A stretch of 64,000 nucleotides of DNA, from NCBI GenBank assembly GCA_014075255.1, contig CP046178.1:1504894-1568893 (forward strand), read 5' to 3'. Positions 1-11,552 of this stretch are shown one piece after another. Source of the stretch: Gammaproteobacteria bacterium. Its GTDB lineage: Bacteria; Pseudomonadota; Gammaproteobacteria; UBA4575. How positions within the stretch are numbered: the stretch's first letter is position 1; the number at the start of each line of letters is the position of its first letter. Below the pieces are notes generated by a model. It saw nothing but the letters and a program-made list of their open reading frames with translations, ran no database searches and was not told the origin of the DNA. Both the position numbers and the translations under genes were made by a program.

Positions 1-1
1 C

Positions 2-454
2 GCAGAAAAGGCATTTGAATATTTTGACAAAGACGGTAACGGCATGCTCAATGAGAGCGAGAAAGCCTTAGCACGCCGTGCACATAATGTTATCGATTAT
101 AACGATGACGGCGCCATTAACCGTGCTGAATTTCATCGTGCTAGAAGAGTGCATAATGCCGCTGACTATAATAACGATGGTGAAATTGGTCCACGTGAAG
201 CAAACCGTGCAAAACGCTTCCATGAAGCTGCAGATTACAATGACGATGGGAAAGTCTCACGAAAAGAATATAAACGGGCCGGAAAGATTCATAATGCTGC
301 CGACAAAAATAACGATGGCAAAATAGGACCAAGAGAATATAAACACGCAAAGAAAAAGCATGATCGAATCGATGTTAACGATGATGGAAAAGTAAGCAAA
401 AGAGAATACAAGCACGCCAAGCGTCATAAGAAGCATCATGACAAACGCAACTAA
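2..454 (+). CDS. EF-hand calcium-binding tandem-repeat protein (5' end outside window)
   Basis: Frame is open from position 2. At least six ~23-aa repeats each carry a canonical EF-hand loop DxNxDGxIxxxE (DYNDDGAINRAEF, DYNNDGEIGPRE, DYNDDGKVSRKE, DKNNDGKIGPRE, DVNDDGKVSKRE). They alternate with a basic RAxRxHxAA segment. The C-terminus is His/Lys-rich. Confidence 0.6.
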   Translation, partial: AEKAFEYFDKDGNGMLNESEKALARRAHNVIDYNDDGAINRAEFHRARRVHNAADYNNDGEIGPREANRAKRFHEAADYNDDGKVSRKEYKRAGKIHNAADKNNDGKIGPREYKHAKKKHDRIDVNDDGKVSKREYKHAKRHKKHHDKRN

Positions 455-476
455 TGAGCACATGGATGCACGCTTA

Positions 477-510
477 AGAGTCGCACCAAGGAAGGTGCGC
501 TCTATTTTGC
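477..510 (+). terminator. putative intrinsic terminator after the EF-hand gene
   Basis: Imperfect stem agagtcgcacc / ggtgcgctct with loop aaggaa, followed by attttgc. Confidence 0.4.
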
Positions 511-683
511 TGTGTACATCCATTCCAGAAACGAGCAACCATTTAAACTGGTGTGTGGAAGATCACATTTATAACAACCTATTTGCCGCTCAGGGTGTAA
601 GTCAAACCTCTTGTTCCGTCTTCCATTTTATTCATGGAGGTAAAGCCTAATATTTACGCACATCTAATCGTTGGGTTTAGAAT

Positions 684-911
684 ATGTTACATACAGATAA
701 AAACTCTCAGACCACCAAGACTGAGAGCACTCAAATTAATCGAAGAAAAAATTCAGATCGCAGAAAATCTGATGAAGAAATTCGTTTTCCTTTCGTAGAT
801 GATGATAGCAAGCTTGTTATGAAAGAAAGAAGGAAATCAAGTCGAAGAACTACAAACTCTAAGATAATCAACAACCCGTTAAAAGCAGTTTCTAAGCTTT
901 TCAAGAAATAG
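684..911 (+). CDS. hypothetical small basic (R/K/S-rich) protein
   Basis: 75-aa ORF in an otherwise non-coding gap. No recognisable domain and a weak RBS. Confidence 0.25.
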   Translation: MLHTDKNSQTTKTESTQINRRKNSDRRKSDEEIRFPFVDDDSKLVMKERRKSSRRTTNSKIINNPLKAVSKLFKK

Positions 912-913
912 AC

Positions 914-1402
914 TTACGGAATAAAGACACATTCAATTCCAACTTGTTTGTCATTAGCGACCAGCTCATAAACAGGATAAGTTCCATCACCATCACCTGA
1001 TTTTACATATACTAATTTTTCATTATTAAATAAAATTTCACCTGAAAAATTAAGAGTTAACTCATCATCTAACTCCATCATGGTCCATTCCTCGTACGAC
1101 TCAAAGTCCTCTTTGATACTAGCTAAAAACAACTCGTAGTCAATGAAACCCACAAAAGCGTGATCGATTTCAACTGCGCCAATCTCATTACCAAGTTTTG
1201 GATCTGAATCAACTTTCCTCATCCTTACACGATGCGCATGAAATGGAACTGGAACGTAAATTTCTAATATGTATTCACCAGGCTCGCAGGTAATCGAAGG
1301 TCCTTCTGGTGTAATTTCATTATTGCTGAGCATCACCATTGCATCTTTAATGGCAAGTGTTTTTCCTTTAACTTCGATTCTAGTTACTTCATTCCATTTC
1401 AT
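914..1402 (-). CDS. hypothetical cytoplasmic protein
   Basis: 162-aa ORF with a GDGDG motif. No family recognised from sequence. Confidence 0.5.
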   Translation of the reverse strand: MKWNEVTRIEVKGKTLAIKDAMVMLSNNEITPEGPSITCEPGEYILEIYVPVPFHAHRVRMRKVDSDPKLGNEIGAVEIDHAFVGFIDYELFLASIKEDFESYEEWTMMELDDELTLNFSGEILFNNEKLVYVKSGDGDGTYPVYELVANDKQVGIECVFIP

Positions 1403-1588
1403 AGCAGTTCATAAATTTTGGGATTCTATTACAACATTACATAACTGCCTTAGGTCGTTAGCAGTGATTAAACTTCAACAATTTCTGATTTCAAACTAGT
1501 TACGAATGCGGCGATTTCTTCACATTCTTGCTGCGGCACACTTATCAAATTAATATTCATAATATCTGTTCAGAATCGAAAACAGTTT

Positions 1589-2053
1589 TTAACCAGGCAC
1601 CCTTGTATACACCCACCTATCTTCATTTTCTCGATAGTAACCTTTAACTAATTCCTTCTCAGAAAATCCCATTCTTTCTGCTAAGCATTGCATGGCCATA
1701 TTATTCGTATCTGTTGTTAATTGAACTGAAATTTTATTTTCATCATATTTTTCACATAGTACTTTCAGCAGTTTTCTACCAACACCTTGGCCGGTATAAC
1801 TTTTTGCCAAAAATACTTTATGTAAAAAATGAAATTTAGGTCGTGTAGATGCAAATGAAAGTGCAACCCCTGCTATTTCTTGATTCTGTTTTGCCACACA
1901 AACATAACCATGCTCCACCCAATGCCTCCACACATGCTCGCCATCAGGAATAAATTCCGAATTTCTATTATGCAACCAGGAGATTCTATCTAACTCTGCT
2001 ATTTCTAGAAAATCGTTAATAGCTGCCCAACTCACTACAAGATCAGACATCAC
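1589..2053 (-). CDS. GNAT family N-acetyltransferase
   Basis: Acetyl-CoA binding motif Q/RxxGxG/A is present (YTGQGVGRKLL). Length 154 aa. Confidence 0.8.
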   Translation of the reverse strand: MMSDLVVSWAAINDFLEIAELDRISWLHNRNSEFIPDGEHVWRHWVEHGYVCVAKQNQEIAGVALSFASTRPKFHFLHKVFLAKSYTGQGVGRKLLKVLCEKYDENKISVQLTTDTNNMAMQCLAERMGFSEKELVKGYYRENEDRWVYTRVPG

Positions 2054-2054
2054 T

Positions 2055-2564
2055 CTATTGCACCAAACCTTCCAAAACTAATTGTGTATACAAGCTAGAT
2101 TCGCGTTTAAAAAAACCTTCCGTGTGGTAAGAGTCTTCTAATTTATACAACTCATAATCTAGATGGTGGCAGACCTCATGAAACAAAGTGCGCATGTAGG
2201 TTTTAAAAGCGACTACTTGTTTACGTTTTGCAGTTAGCATCCATACAGAAATCTCGGCAACTTTTACTTTTTTCGACACAGGTTCATACAAACCGTGCAA
2301 TTCACCATAATTATTATGCGGCCGACTGGTAAGTACCTTTACTTTAATTGGCGGAATTGTAAGTTGGTGGGTGAGCTGATTTACTAATGCTTGGCTGGCC
2401 TGCAATACAATTCTTTTCTCTTTTGATTTTAGCGCTGATTGCACAGAGCGCACCAATGGCAATAATTCAGCTGAATCTTTTAGGCTCACATTAGAAATTT
2501 TATCGCTGGCGCGATAGATTTTTTTATCTTTGGCAGGCAATCTTTTGTAATAAGAATATGGCAT
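2055..2564 (-). CDS. hypothetical protein with HExxH...H zinc-metallopeptidase-like motif (YgjP/SprT-like)
   Basis: Motif FHEVCHHLDYE...H. Appears co-transcribed with the GNAT gene (1-nt spacing). Confidence 0.5.
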   Translation of the reverse strand: MPYSYYKRLPAKDKKIYRASDKISNVSLKDSAELLPLVRSVQSALKSKEKRIVLQASQALVNQLTHQLTIPPIKVKVLTSRPHNNYGELHGLYEPVSKKVKVAEISVWMLTAKRKQVVAFKTYMRTLFHEVCHHLDYELYKLEDSYHTEGFFKRESSLYTQLVLEGLVQ

Positions 2565-2628
2565 CGCTAACTTGTTGGTTGTGAAGCCAACAGTTTAACG
2601 TTTTATAAATCCTGAAACTATAGAGAAT

Positions 2629-3294
2629 TTAAAATTCGTTATGACTTAGTTTACTTAAATCTAAGGTGAATCTAATATCACTCGCTGCAACAGAGATTGA
2701 ATAATCTTCTAATCTTACTAAACCCTGATCGGTACGGTATGCACCATACCCACGCAACATTCCTGCCAAGACAAATTCACCTTGCTCGCAACTAAGCAAA
2801 CCACCACCTGATTCACCCGAATCTATCCCTGCACTGGTATGAATCGCTTCAGCCTTTTTGGAAACAAAGTTGCCTGAACTTGTATGCAAACTTTGTGCAC
2901 GTGGGTACCCAGCTGCCCACACTTCTTGGCTCTCATATAAGTCATTCTTACTTAAAGGAATTGGATAAAGATTTTCAGTCGATACGGATAGTAATGCGAT
3001 ATCGGATTCTTTATCTACCAACAATACTGATGCTAAATACATCGCATTATTAATTTCTACAGCGGTATTATAGTAATCTTCCAAAACATGCGCTGCAGTG
3101 ATTACTAAGTTACTTGACACAACGACGCCACTAGCGTGACTGTTCTCACCGCTTTCGATAGGAACAATAGAATTTAGAATTTGATTAGTAGGCCAATGAC
3201 AAGTGAGATCTGCAGCATAACCTGCCGTGGCAAATAAATATAAAAGAACAATTATAGTAAGGTGCTTCATCTTACGCTCCTTATAATGATGCAA
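2629..3294 (-). CDS. secreted trypsin-like serine protease (S1 family)
   Basis: N-terminal signal peptide. TAAHV catalytic-His motif and a GESGGG motif (a GDSGG variant). Confidence 0.75.
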   Translation of the reverse strand: MHHYKERKMKHLTIIVLLYLFATAGYAADLTCHWPTNQILNSIVPIESGENSHASGVVVSSNLVITAAHVLEDYYNTAVEINNAMYLASVLLVDKESDIALLSVSTENLYPIPLSKNDLYESQEVWAAGYPRAQSLHTSSGNFVSKKAEAIHTSAGIDSGESGGGLLSCEQGEFVLAGMLRGYGAYRTDQGLVRLEDYSISVAASDIRFTLDLSKLSHNEF

Positions 3295-3494
3295 GCATTG
3301 CTTGTGATTATTGTCTGCCTATATTTTATCTACTTATATAGGCAACTCTTAAGAGCAATTCATGCATGCGTATCGGCCTTTCTGCTAAACGGTGTGAAAT
3401 ATTTAACCCTTAGAGCTAATAAAATTAAAAGTTTGAACCTGTTCGCATTATATAATTTATAAGGGCTAATTAATAAAATTTATCACTCTGCAGC

Positions 3495-4409
3495 TTAATC
3501 TTTGCTATCTAGCTCTATAAAACACCAACCCACATCACGCAGCTGTGCTTTAATTTTTTTCTCTAACGCATTAATATTTTCAACTGATTCTTTTGTAGGC
3601 ATGGCATCAGGTAATTTAATTTTTGCTGCCAACATAATCCTTGAACCAAACTGAATAGTGATTACATTAAACAGCTGCTCGACATTTTTATCTTGTTGGA
3701 TAATTTGATTAATTATTTCTCTGACTTCAGGCTCGGCCGACGCGCCTATAATTAATGCTTTAATGCGCCATGCTACGAATATTGAAACTATGATCAATAC
3801 AATGCCAATACAGATAGAACCTATTGCATCATAGATAGGGTTATCCGTGAGTACACTAATGCCCACAAACACAAAAGCAATAATTAAACCTAAGATTGCA
3901 GCACTATCTTCTCCAAGGACAACCACTAACTCAGCATTACGCGTATGCTTTAGCCAATTAGCTAATGACTTTTCACCACGAACATCGTTAATTGCACTCA
4001 AGCAACCTAATAAACTAATTATTTCTATAATTATAGCTACACCTAAAACAAGCAAGCCGATCCACGCTTGATTTAGCGCCTCAGGATGTTGCAATTTATG
4101 CCATCCTTCGTATATAGAAAACAATCCACCTACACTGAACAACAATACGGCAACAACAAAACTCCAGAAGTAGCTATTTTTACCATAACCAAGCGGGTGT
4201 TTTTCATCTGGCTGCTTTTGAGATTGCTTTAAACCCAAATAAAGTAAAACTTGATTGCCGGTATCAGCATATGAATGTATTGCCTCCGCCAACATGCTAC
4301 CCGAGTTAGTATAAATCGCTGCCGCAGTTTTCATTAATGCAATCGCTAAGTTAGCACCGAACGCAAAGAAAATAGCTTTTAATGAAGATGAATGACCTGA
4401 AGCGCTCAT
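3495..4409 (-). CDS. cation diffusion facilitator (CDF) family metal efflux transporter
   Basis: Six TM helices, HSxxDxxN signature (HSYADTGNQ) and a C-terminal cytoplasmic domain. 304 aa. Confidence 0.85.
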   Translation of the reverse strand: MSASGHSSSLKAIFFAFGANLAIALMKTAAAIYTNSGSMLAEAIHSYADTGNQVLLYLGLKQSQKQPDEKHPLGYGKNSYFWSFVVAVLLFSVGGLFSIYEGWHKLQHPEALNQAWIGLLVLGVAIIIEIISLLGCLSAINDVRGEKSLANWLKHTRNAELVVVLGEDSAAILGLIIAFVFVGISVLTDNPIYDAIGSICIGIVLIIVSIFVAWRIKALIIGASAEPEVREIINQIIQQDKNVEQLFNVITIQFGSRIMLAAKIKLPDAMPTKESVENINALEKKIKAQLRDVGWCFIELDSKD

Positions 4410-4424
4410 AGCATTTCTATTCGC

Positions 4425-4886
4425 TTATTTTTTGCAGAAACCTGCAGGGACGACAAAGTCTGCGATGGGAATATCATCTGCATTAACGTAACGATAAGAT
4501 AATGATACTTCGCTATTTATATAACGTCTGGTATTTTTATTTTGACAAGCACTGGTTTTTACAGCAGCTTCGATTTGTTGAGCAAAATTATCCTCCTTAA
4601 CACTGATACCTGCTTGCTGTGTTGAGCCATCGGTTACCATAAATGAATATTCTATCTCCATTCTCCTTGCTTCAACATTTTGAAGCTCAGTATGCGCATC
4701 AATTTTTATCGGCAGCTGTTGTTGTAAGGATTGAATCTCTTGTTGCAGAGCAACTTGCGTGATTTCTGGCTGCTTTTTAAACATCAATGTAACCGTGATA
4801 CTTATGATTATAATTGTTGCGAACAACAAAAAGACTCGCATAGTCTTACTAAGTGACTCTTGTGTTAAATTCTCCCCTGAAGACAT
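4425..4886 (-). CDS. hypothetical membrane-anchored protein
   Basis: Single N-terminal TM helix followed by a soluble domain. Sits between the two CDF paralogs. Confidence 0.45.
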   Translation of the reverse strand: MSSGENLTQESLSKTMRVFLLFATIIIISITVTLMFKKQPEITQVALQQEIQSLQQQLPIKIDAHTELQNVEARRMEIEYSFMVTDGSTQQAGISVKEDNFAQQIEAAVKTSACQNKNTRRYINSEVSLSYRYVNADDIPIADFVVPAGFCKK

Positions 4887-4889
4887 TTT

Positions 4890-5804
4890 CTAATGCGTAA
4901 ACTTCCACGACTCTGCTTCGATAAACACGCGCTTAACATTTACAAAGCTTTGTTTAATATTTTTATCAATATGCGCAATAACAGATTCCATTTGTTCTGT
5001 ATGAATATCATCATTAAACTCAACGCTTAGATTAACCAATATATATTCAGGCCCCATATGCATGGTAAGCACTTCGTTAACGCGCTCTACACCTGTGAAT
5101 CCGTCAACCATTTCTCGTATTCCATCCACGACCTCATCATCTGCACTCTCCCCGATAAGCAAACCTTTAGTTTCATAAGCTAACAATGCCGCCACAAACG
5201 CTAAAATTATTCCTATACCAACCGAAGCAACACCGTCATAAATATAGTTGCCAGTAAGTTGACTGATTGCGATACCAATCATTGCTACAATAAGACCTAA
5301 AGTTGCAGCAGCATCTTCAAGAAGAACTACAAATAAACCAGGATCCTTTCCTTGTTGAATGGCTTGCAAATAATCTTTGGAGCCTTTTACTTTGTTGAAT
5401 TCTTTAATTGCTATGTAAAAAACCCACCCCTCTACAATTAAAGCAAAAGTTAATACGGCATAGTTTACAATTGGATCAGTGATAACTTGAGGATGCTTAA
5501 TATGCTCCAGGCCTTTAACAATAGACAAGCCTGAACCGACCGCGAAAATTAGAATCGCAACCACAAAGCTCCAAAAATACACTTCTTTTCCATGTCCGAA
5601 TGGATATCGTTTGTCAGCAGGTTTCTTTGCCTGCCTTAAGCCGAATAGAAGTAAGACTTGATTGCCAGTATCCACCAATGAGTGAATACCCTCAGAGAAC
5701 ATAGCAGAGCTACCTGTAAATACTGCTGCAGCAAACTTCATTATTGAAATAATTGCATTACCGATCAGCGCTGCAAAAATTACCTTTTTAGAAGAACCTG
5801 CCAT
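4890..5804 (-). CDS. cation diffusion facilitator (CDF) family metal efflux transporter (paralog)
   Basis: HSLVDTGNQ signature. Same architecture and length (304 aa) as 3495..4409. Confidence 0.85.
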   Translation of the reverse strand: MAGSSKKVIFAALIGNAIISIMKFAAAVFTGSSAMFSEGIHSLVDTGNQVLLLFGLRQAKKPADKRYPFGHGKEVYFWSFVVAILIFAVGSGLSIVKGLEHIKHPQVITDPIVNYAVLTFALIVEGWVFYIAIKEFNKVKGSKDYLQAIQQGKDPGLFVVLLEDAAATLGLIVAMIGIAISQLTGNYIYDGVASVGIGIILAFVAALLAYETKGLLIGESADDEVVDGIREMVDGFTGVERVNEVLTMHMGPEYILVNLSVEFNDDIHTEQMESVIAHIDKNIKQSFVNVKRVFIEAESWKFTH

Positions 5805-5867
5805 GTCGTTAGATTATAGAATCACTTACACAATGCAAATGTGTAGATTTGTTAAATATAATTAAAT

Positions 5868-7920
<2,053 letters not shown>

Positions 7921-8008
7921 TCTGTAATTTTAATTGAATCACGACTGCATTGATATGGTTAAGGGATCATTATTGGTATAAGAATTACTTGAATGTGTTG
8001 CTCAAACA

Positions 8009-9037
8009 GTGAACACACCGTACCCTTTTACATATTCTGATTTATTAAACTTATTTATGACTTTTAACGTGGCTATTGTCGGACCTGGCCGAAGCAAGCA
8101 AGGCACAGGCCCATTCATTGCGCGAACTTTTAAACAGCTGGGATGCGACGTCCAAGCTATAGTTAGCAGCTCGCTAGATTCTGGCCATCAGGCAGCCGAT
8201 GTTTTGAAAAATGAGTATGCAATTAATTGCACAGCTTATGAAAATCTTGAAGCGTTATTAAAAACTCACTCAATTGACATAGTCGTAATCAGTAGTCCAG
8301 CCAATACCCACCTTCAGCACCTAATCACAGCAGTCCAGGCAGGATGTCATGTGTTTTGCGAAAAACCTCTTTGGTGGTCTAATTTAGATTTTACTTCTGA
8401 AAGTGATATAAGAAAAATCACCAGTGAAGCTAAAGAGGTAGTAAATTTATGCCGTACCAACAAAGTATTACTGCAATTAAATACTCAATGGCCTTACACA
8501 CTGCCCACATACTATGAGCTATACCCACAACTAAAAAGCCCACAGGCTATCGAGTCATTTTCAATGTGGCTATCGCCACAAAGCCAAGGCAGCGCTATGA
8601 TCGTAGATGCTGTCCCGCATTTATTAAGCATGCTGTTTTCCATAGTCGGCAATGGAAAAATCAATAATATCGAATCAAATTATATTGCAGCAAATCTTGA
8701 TCAGGACTTACTGATTAAATTCGATTACTTACATGCATTCGGGGATACGCGAGTTTCGATCTCACTAACTTCTAGCAATACCTCCCCCAAACCAGCAGCC
8801 TATGCCATTAACGATCTGCGGGCTGATAGACATGTTGAACTCCCTCATTACCTGATATCATTACGCTCAGTTGAACATCAATTACCTGTAGAAGACCCTC
8901 TGGTTTGCTCTATCAAGAACTTTATAAGTACTATTCACTCTAAAGCCACATCTGATGAAGTCACATTAATTGACGGCATGACGCAGCTAGCGCAAATTTA
9001 TCAAGCGGCAACCCAACCAAAGAATACATTGGAATAA
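8009..9037 (+). CDS. Gfo/Idh/MocA-family NAD(P)-dependent oxidoreductase
   Basis: N-terminal Rossmann motif VAIVGPGRS and the conserved EKP motif (VFCEKPLWW). The predicted start is GTG. The stop overlaps the start of the radical SAM gene. Confidence 0.6.
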   Translation: MNTPYPFTYSDLLNLFMTFNVAIVGPGRSKQGTGPFIARTFKQLGCDVQAIVSSSLDSGHQAADVLKNEYAINCTAYENLEALLKTHSIDIVVISSPANTHLQHLITAVQAGCHVFCEKPLWWSNLDFTSESDIRKITSEAKEVVNLCRTNKVLLQLNTQWPYTLPTYYELYPQLKSPQAIESFSMWLSPQSQGSAMIVDAVPHLLSMLFSIVGNGKINNIESNYIAANLDQDLLIKFDYLHAFGDTRVSISLTSSNTSPKPAAYAINDLRADRHVELPHYLISLRSVEHQLPVEDPLVCSIKNFISTIHSKATSDEVTLIDGMTQLAQIYQAATQPKNTLE

Positions 9038-10422
9038 TGGAAAAAATACATACTGAAAGCGGCGAAGTGTTAATGACTCTTTCACCCCTCATTGATTTTA
9101 CTAAGCATAACTTTGAGGAAAAACAAGATTCTACTCCACTTCATGTGAAGACTGTTTCACACGAAGTCGTTAAGCAGACTGAGCTGTCCCCCATTCATGA
9201 CTTCATGGGCAAGCTACGCCAACCGGAAGTGCTTGGTAAATTAAAAGAATACGTCGAATGGCAAGTACAATGGCGCGAAGGTTACGCTAATAACTCTATG
9301 ACGCTTGATGAAGCCTTAGAAATGGCACCTATCAGCGCACCTATTTCTATTAACTTAGACGCTACCACCGTATGCAATTACAAATGTGATCACTGCGTGG
9401 ACATGGATATTCTAAATAAAAATATTCACTACGAGCATGAGAAATTAAAAAACTCACTCACTTATCTAGCAGAAAAAGGCCTACGCTCTGTAATCATTAT
9501 TGGCGGCGGCGAACCCACGGCTTACAAGGGCTTTGAAGATATTGTTCGCCATTTAAAGTCAATGGGCATTCAGATTGGTGTGGTAACCAATGGCAGCTTG
9601 ATGAAGAAAGTTGAAGCAGTTGCCGAAGTGCTAGATGAACGTGATTGGGTGCGACTATCTTTAGATTCTGGAACCAATGAAACCTTTCGCGCAATGCATA
9701 AGCCTGGCAGCAAGAAAGTTACTCTAGAATGGATTTGTAGCCATATTCCTCATATCAAAAAGGTTAACCCAAAATTTAAAATTGGTTTTAGTTTCATTAT
9801 TGTATGGAAAGACTGCGAAACCAACGATACAAAAATCATCGAAAACGTTGATGAGATGCTTGCTGCCGCCAAAATGGCGAAAGACCATCAATTCGATTAC
9901 ATCTCTTTCAAGCCTTTCTTAACGCGCGCAGAGGCAAACAACGCAGAAGTTATCGGCATTGATAAAGAACAAGAGCATGTTGAATCAATCATGAAAAAAA
10001 TTCGTGCTTCAGTTACAGAATCTATGCAATTAGAAGACGATAACTTTGCCGTGATTGAAAGCACAAATTTACGTGTGTTAGAAAATGGCACCTACATGAA
10101 CTACACTGAACAGCCACATAACTGTCATATGCAGTATTTCAGACAAGTACTAAGCCCACTTGGTGTATTCAATTGCCCAGTATATCGCCATGTACCACAA
10201 GCTTTATTAGGTGAAAAACATGCTTACGATACACAAGCTGGTGTTATCGAAACACAAAAAAATACATTGCGCCTTATTGAAGCTTTTGATGCTACAGAAG
10301 AATGCAAAGATGTGACCTGTTTATATAATCATGCAAACTGGTTTATTGAGGATTTAATCAATCATCCTGAAAAACTAGACTCATTAGATTCAAGTTTTGA
10401 TCGTGGCGACTTCTTTCTCTAA
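9037..10422 (+). CDS. radical SAM enzyme with ~100-aa N-terminal extension and Cys-rich C-terminal region
   Basis: CNYKCDHC is a CX3CX2C radical SAM motif. A GGGEP SAM-binding motif is present. Additional Cys residues in the C-terminal third. Translationally coupled to 8009..9037 (ATAATGG). Confidence 0.8.
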   Translation: MEKIHTESGEVLMTLSPLIDFTKHNFEEKQDSTPLHVKTVSHEVVKQTELSPIHDFMGKLRQPEVLGKLKEYVEWQVQWREGYANNSMTLDEALEMAPISAPISINLDATTVCNYKCDHCVDMDILNKNIHYEHEKLKNSLTYLAEKGLRSVIIIGGGEPTAYKGFEDIVRHLKSMGIQIGVVTNGSLMKKVEAVAEVLDERDWVRLSLDSGTNETFRAMHKPGSKKVTLEWICSHIPHIKKVNPKFKIGFSFIIVWKDCETNDTKIIENVDEMLAAAKMAKDHQFDYISFKPFLTRAEANNAEVIGIDKEQEHVESIMKKIRASVTESMQLEDDNFAVIESTNLRVLENGTYMNYTEQPHNCHMQYFRQVLSPLGVFNCPVYRHVPQALLGEKHAYDTQAGVIETQKNTLRLIEAFDATEECKDVTCLYNHANWFIEDLINHPEKLDSLDSSFDRGDFFL

Positions 10423-11430
10423 TAATCTCTGCGCACTTTCGTAGACTTTATCAACTTCGATATTATTCAAACAGTTGTAATGCCCGAAAGGGCATTGCTT
10501 CTTCCAGCAAGGACTGCACTCTAAACCTAAGTATTGAATTTCTTTCTTATCTGTTAATGGCGGTGTGTACTTAGGTGTTATCGCGCCATAGATAGCGACC
10601 ACTGGACTGCCTACTGCTGCTGCTATATGCATTAAGCCAGAATCATTTGTAACTGCCACTTTTACCAGTGAAAGTAAATCAATAGCTTCTTCTAGATTAG
10701 TTTGTCCGCACAAATTAACTGCATCGCCATTTGAAGCTTGAGCAATTTCTTCGCCAATTGGATTATCTTTTTGAGAACCATAAACATACACGTTATAACC
10801 TTGTTGCTTAAATCGAATAGCAAGCTCACCAAAATATTTTCCTGGCCATTGTTTAGATGGTCCAAATTCAGCACCAGGCATGAATGCTATCGAAGGAGTT
10901 AACTCATCAACTCCTACTTTTTTTGCAGTTTGGTGACGTTTTTTCTCGTCCACCATAAGTTGAGGATAGTAGATTTGCGGAGCCTGTTTTATTTTTTCTG
11001 GATCGGCTGCCAGATGCAGATATTTTTCCACAGCTTTATAGGTTAATTCTGTATCAAGCTCTCGCATTTCATTTACAACCCCGTAGCGCATTTCCCCTCG
11101 ATAGGCGATGCGTTTTGGGATTTTGGCAAAATATGGAATTAATGCAGACTTAAAGGTACGCGGCAGAATAATCGCCCGATCATATTCACCTCGCAAGCTT
11201 TTGCCTATTCGATAACGCTCAGCAATTTGTAGCTTACCGTGCTGGAGATTCACTTTTATAACCTGGCGCACTTCTGGCATCCGCGCAAGTACGGGTGCTG
11301 ACCATGCGGGCGCTACCACATCAATGATGTTGCCTGGATTTTGGCGTTTCAGAGCAATGAATAAACTCTGAACCATCACCATATCACCAACCCAAGCGGG
11401 GCCAATTACAAGTATCTTATTTGTACTCAA
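10390..11430 (-). CDS. waaF: ADP-heptose:LPS heptosyltransferase II
   Basis: Strong similarity to E. coli WaaF over the full length (ILVIGPxWVGDM, TNDSGLMHIAAA). Confidence 0.9.
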   Translation of the reverse strand: MSTNKILVIGPAWVGDMVMVQSLFIALKRQNPGNIIDVVAPAWSAPVLARMPEVRQVIKVNLQHGKLQIAERYRIGKSLRGEYDRAIILPRTFKSALIPYFAKIPKRIAYRGEMRYGVVNEMRELDTELTYKAVEKYLHLAADPEKIKQAPQIYYPQLMVDEKKRHQTAKKVGVDELTPSIAFMPGAEFGPSKQWPGKYFGELAIRFKQQGYNVYVYGSQKDNPIGEEIAQASNGDAVNLCGQTNLEEAIDLLSLVKVAVTNDSGLMHIAAAVGSPVVAIYGAITPKYTPPLTDKKEIQYLGLECSPCWKKQCPFGHYNCLNNIEVDKVYESAQRLLEKEVATIKT

Positions 11431-11552
11431 AAGCGATGAATAACCGTAGTAGATTTATAAATAATAATGCACGGATGTATTCTGATATTATGACGTGCAT
11501 ATAATATAAAACACACCACTAAACCAGATAAATCAGCTGGGTATAGAAACAT

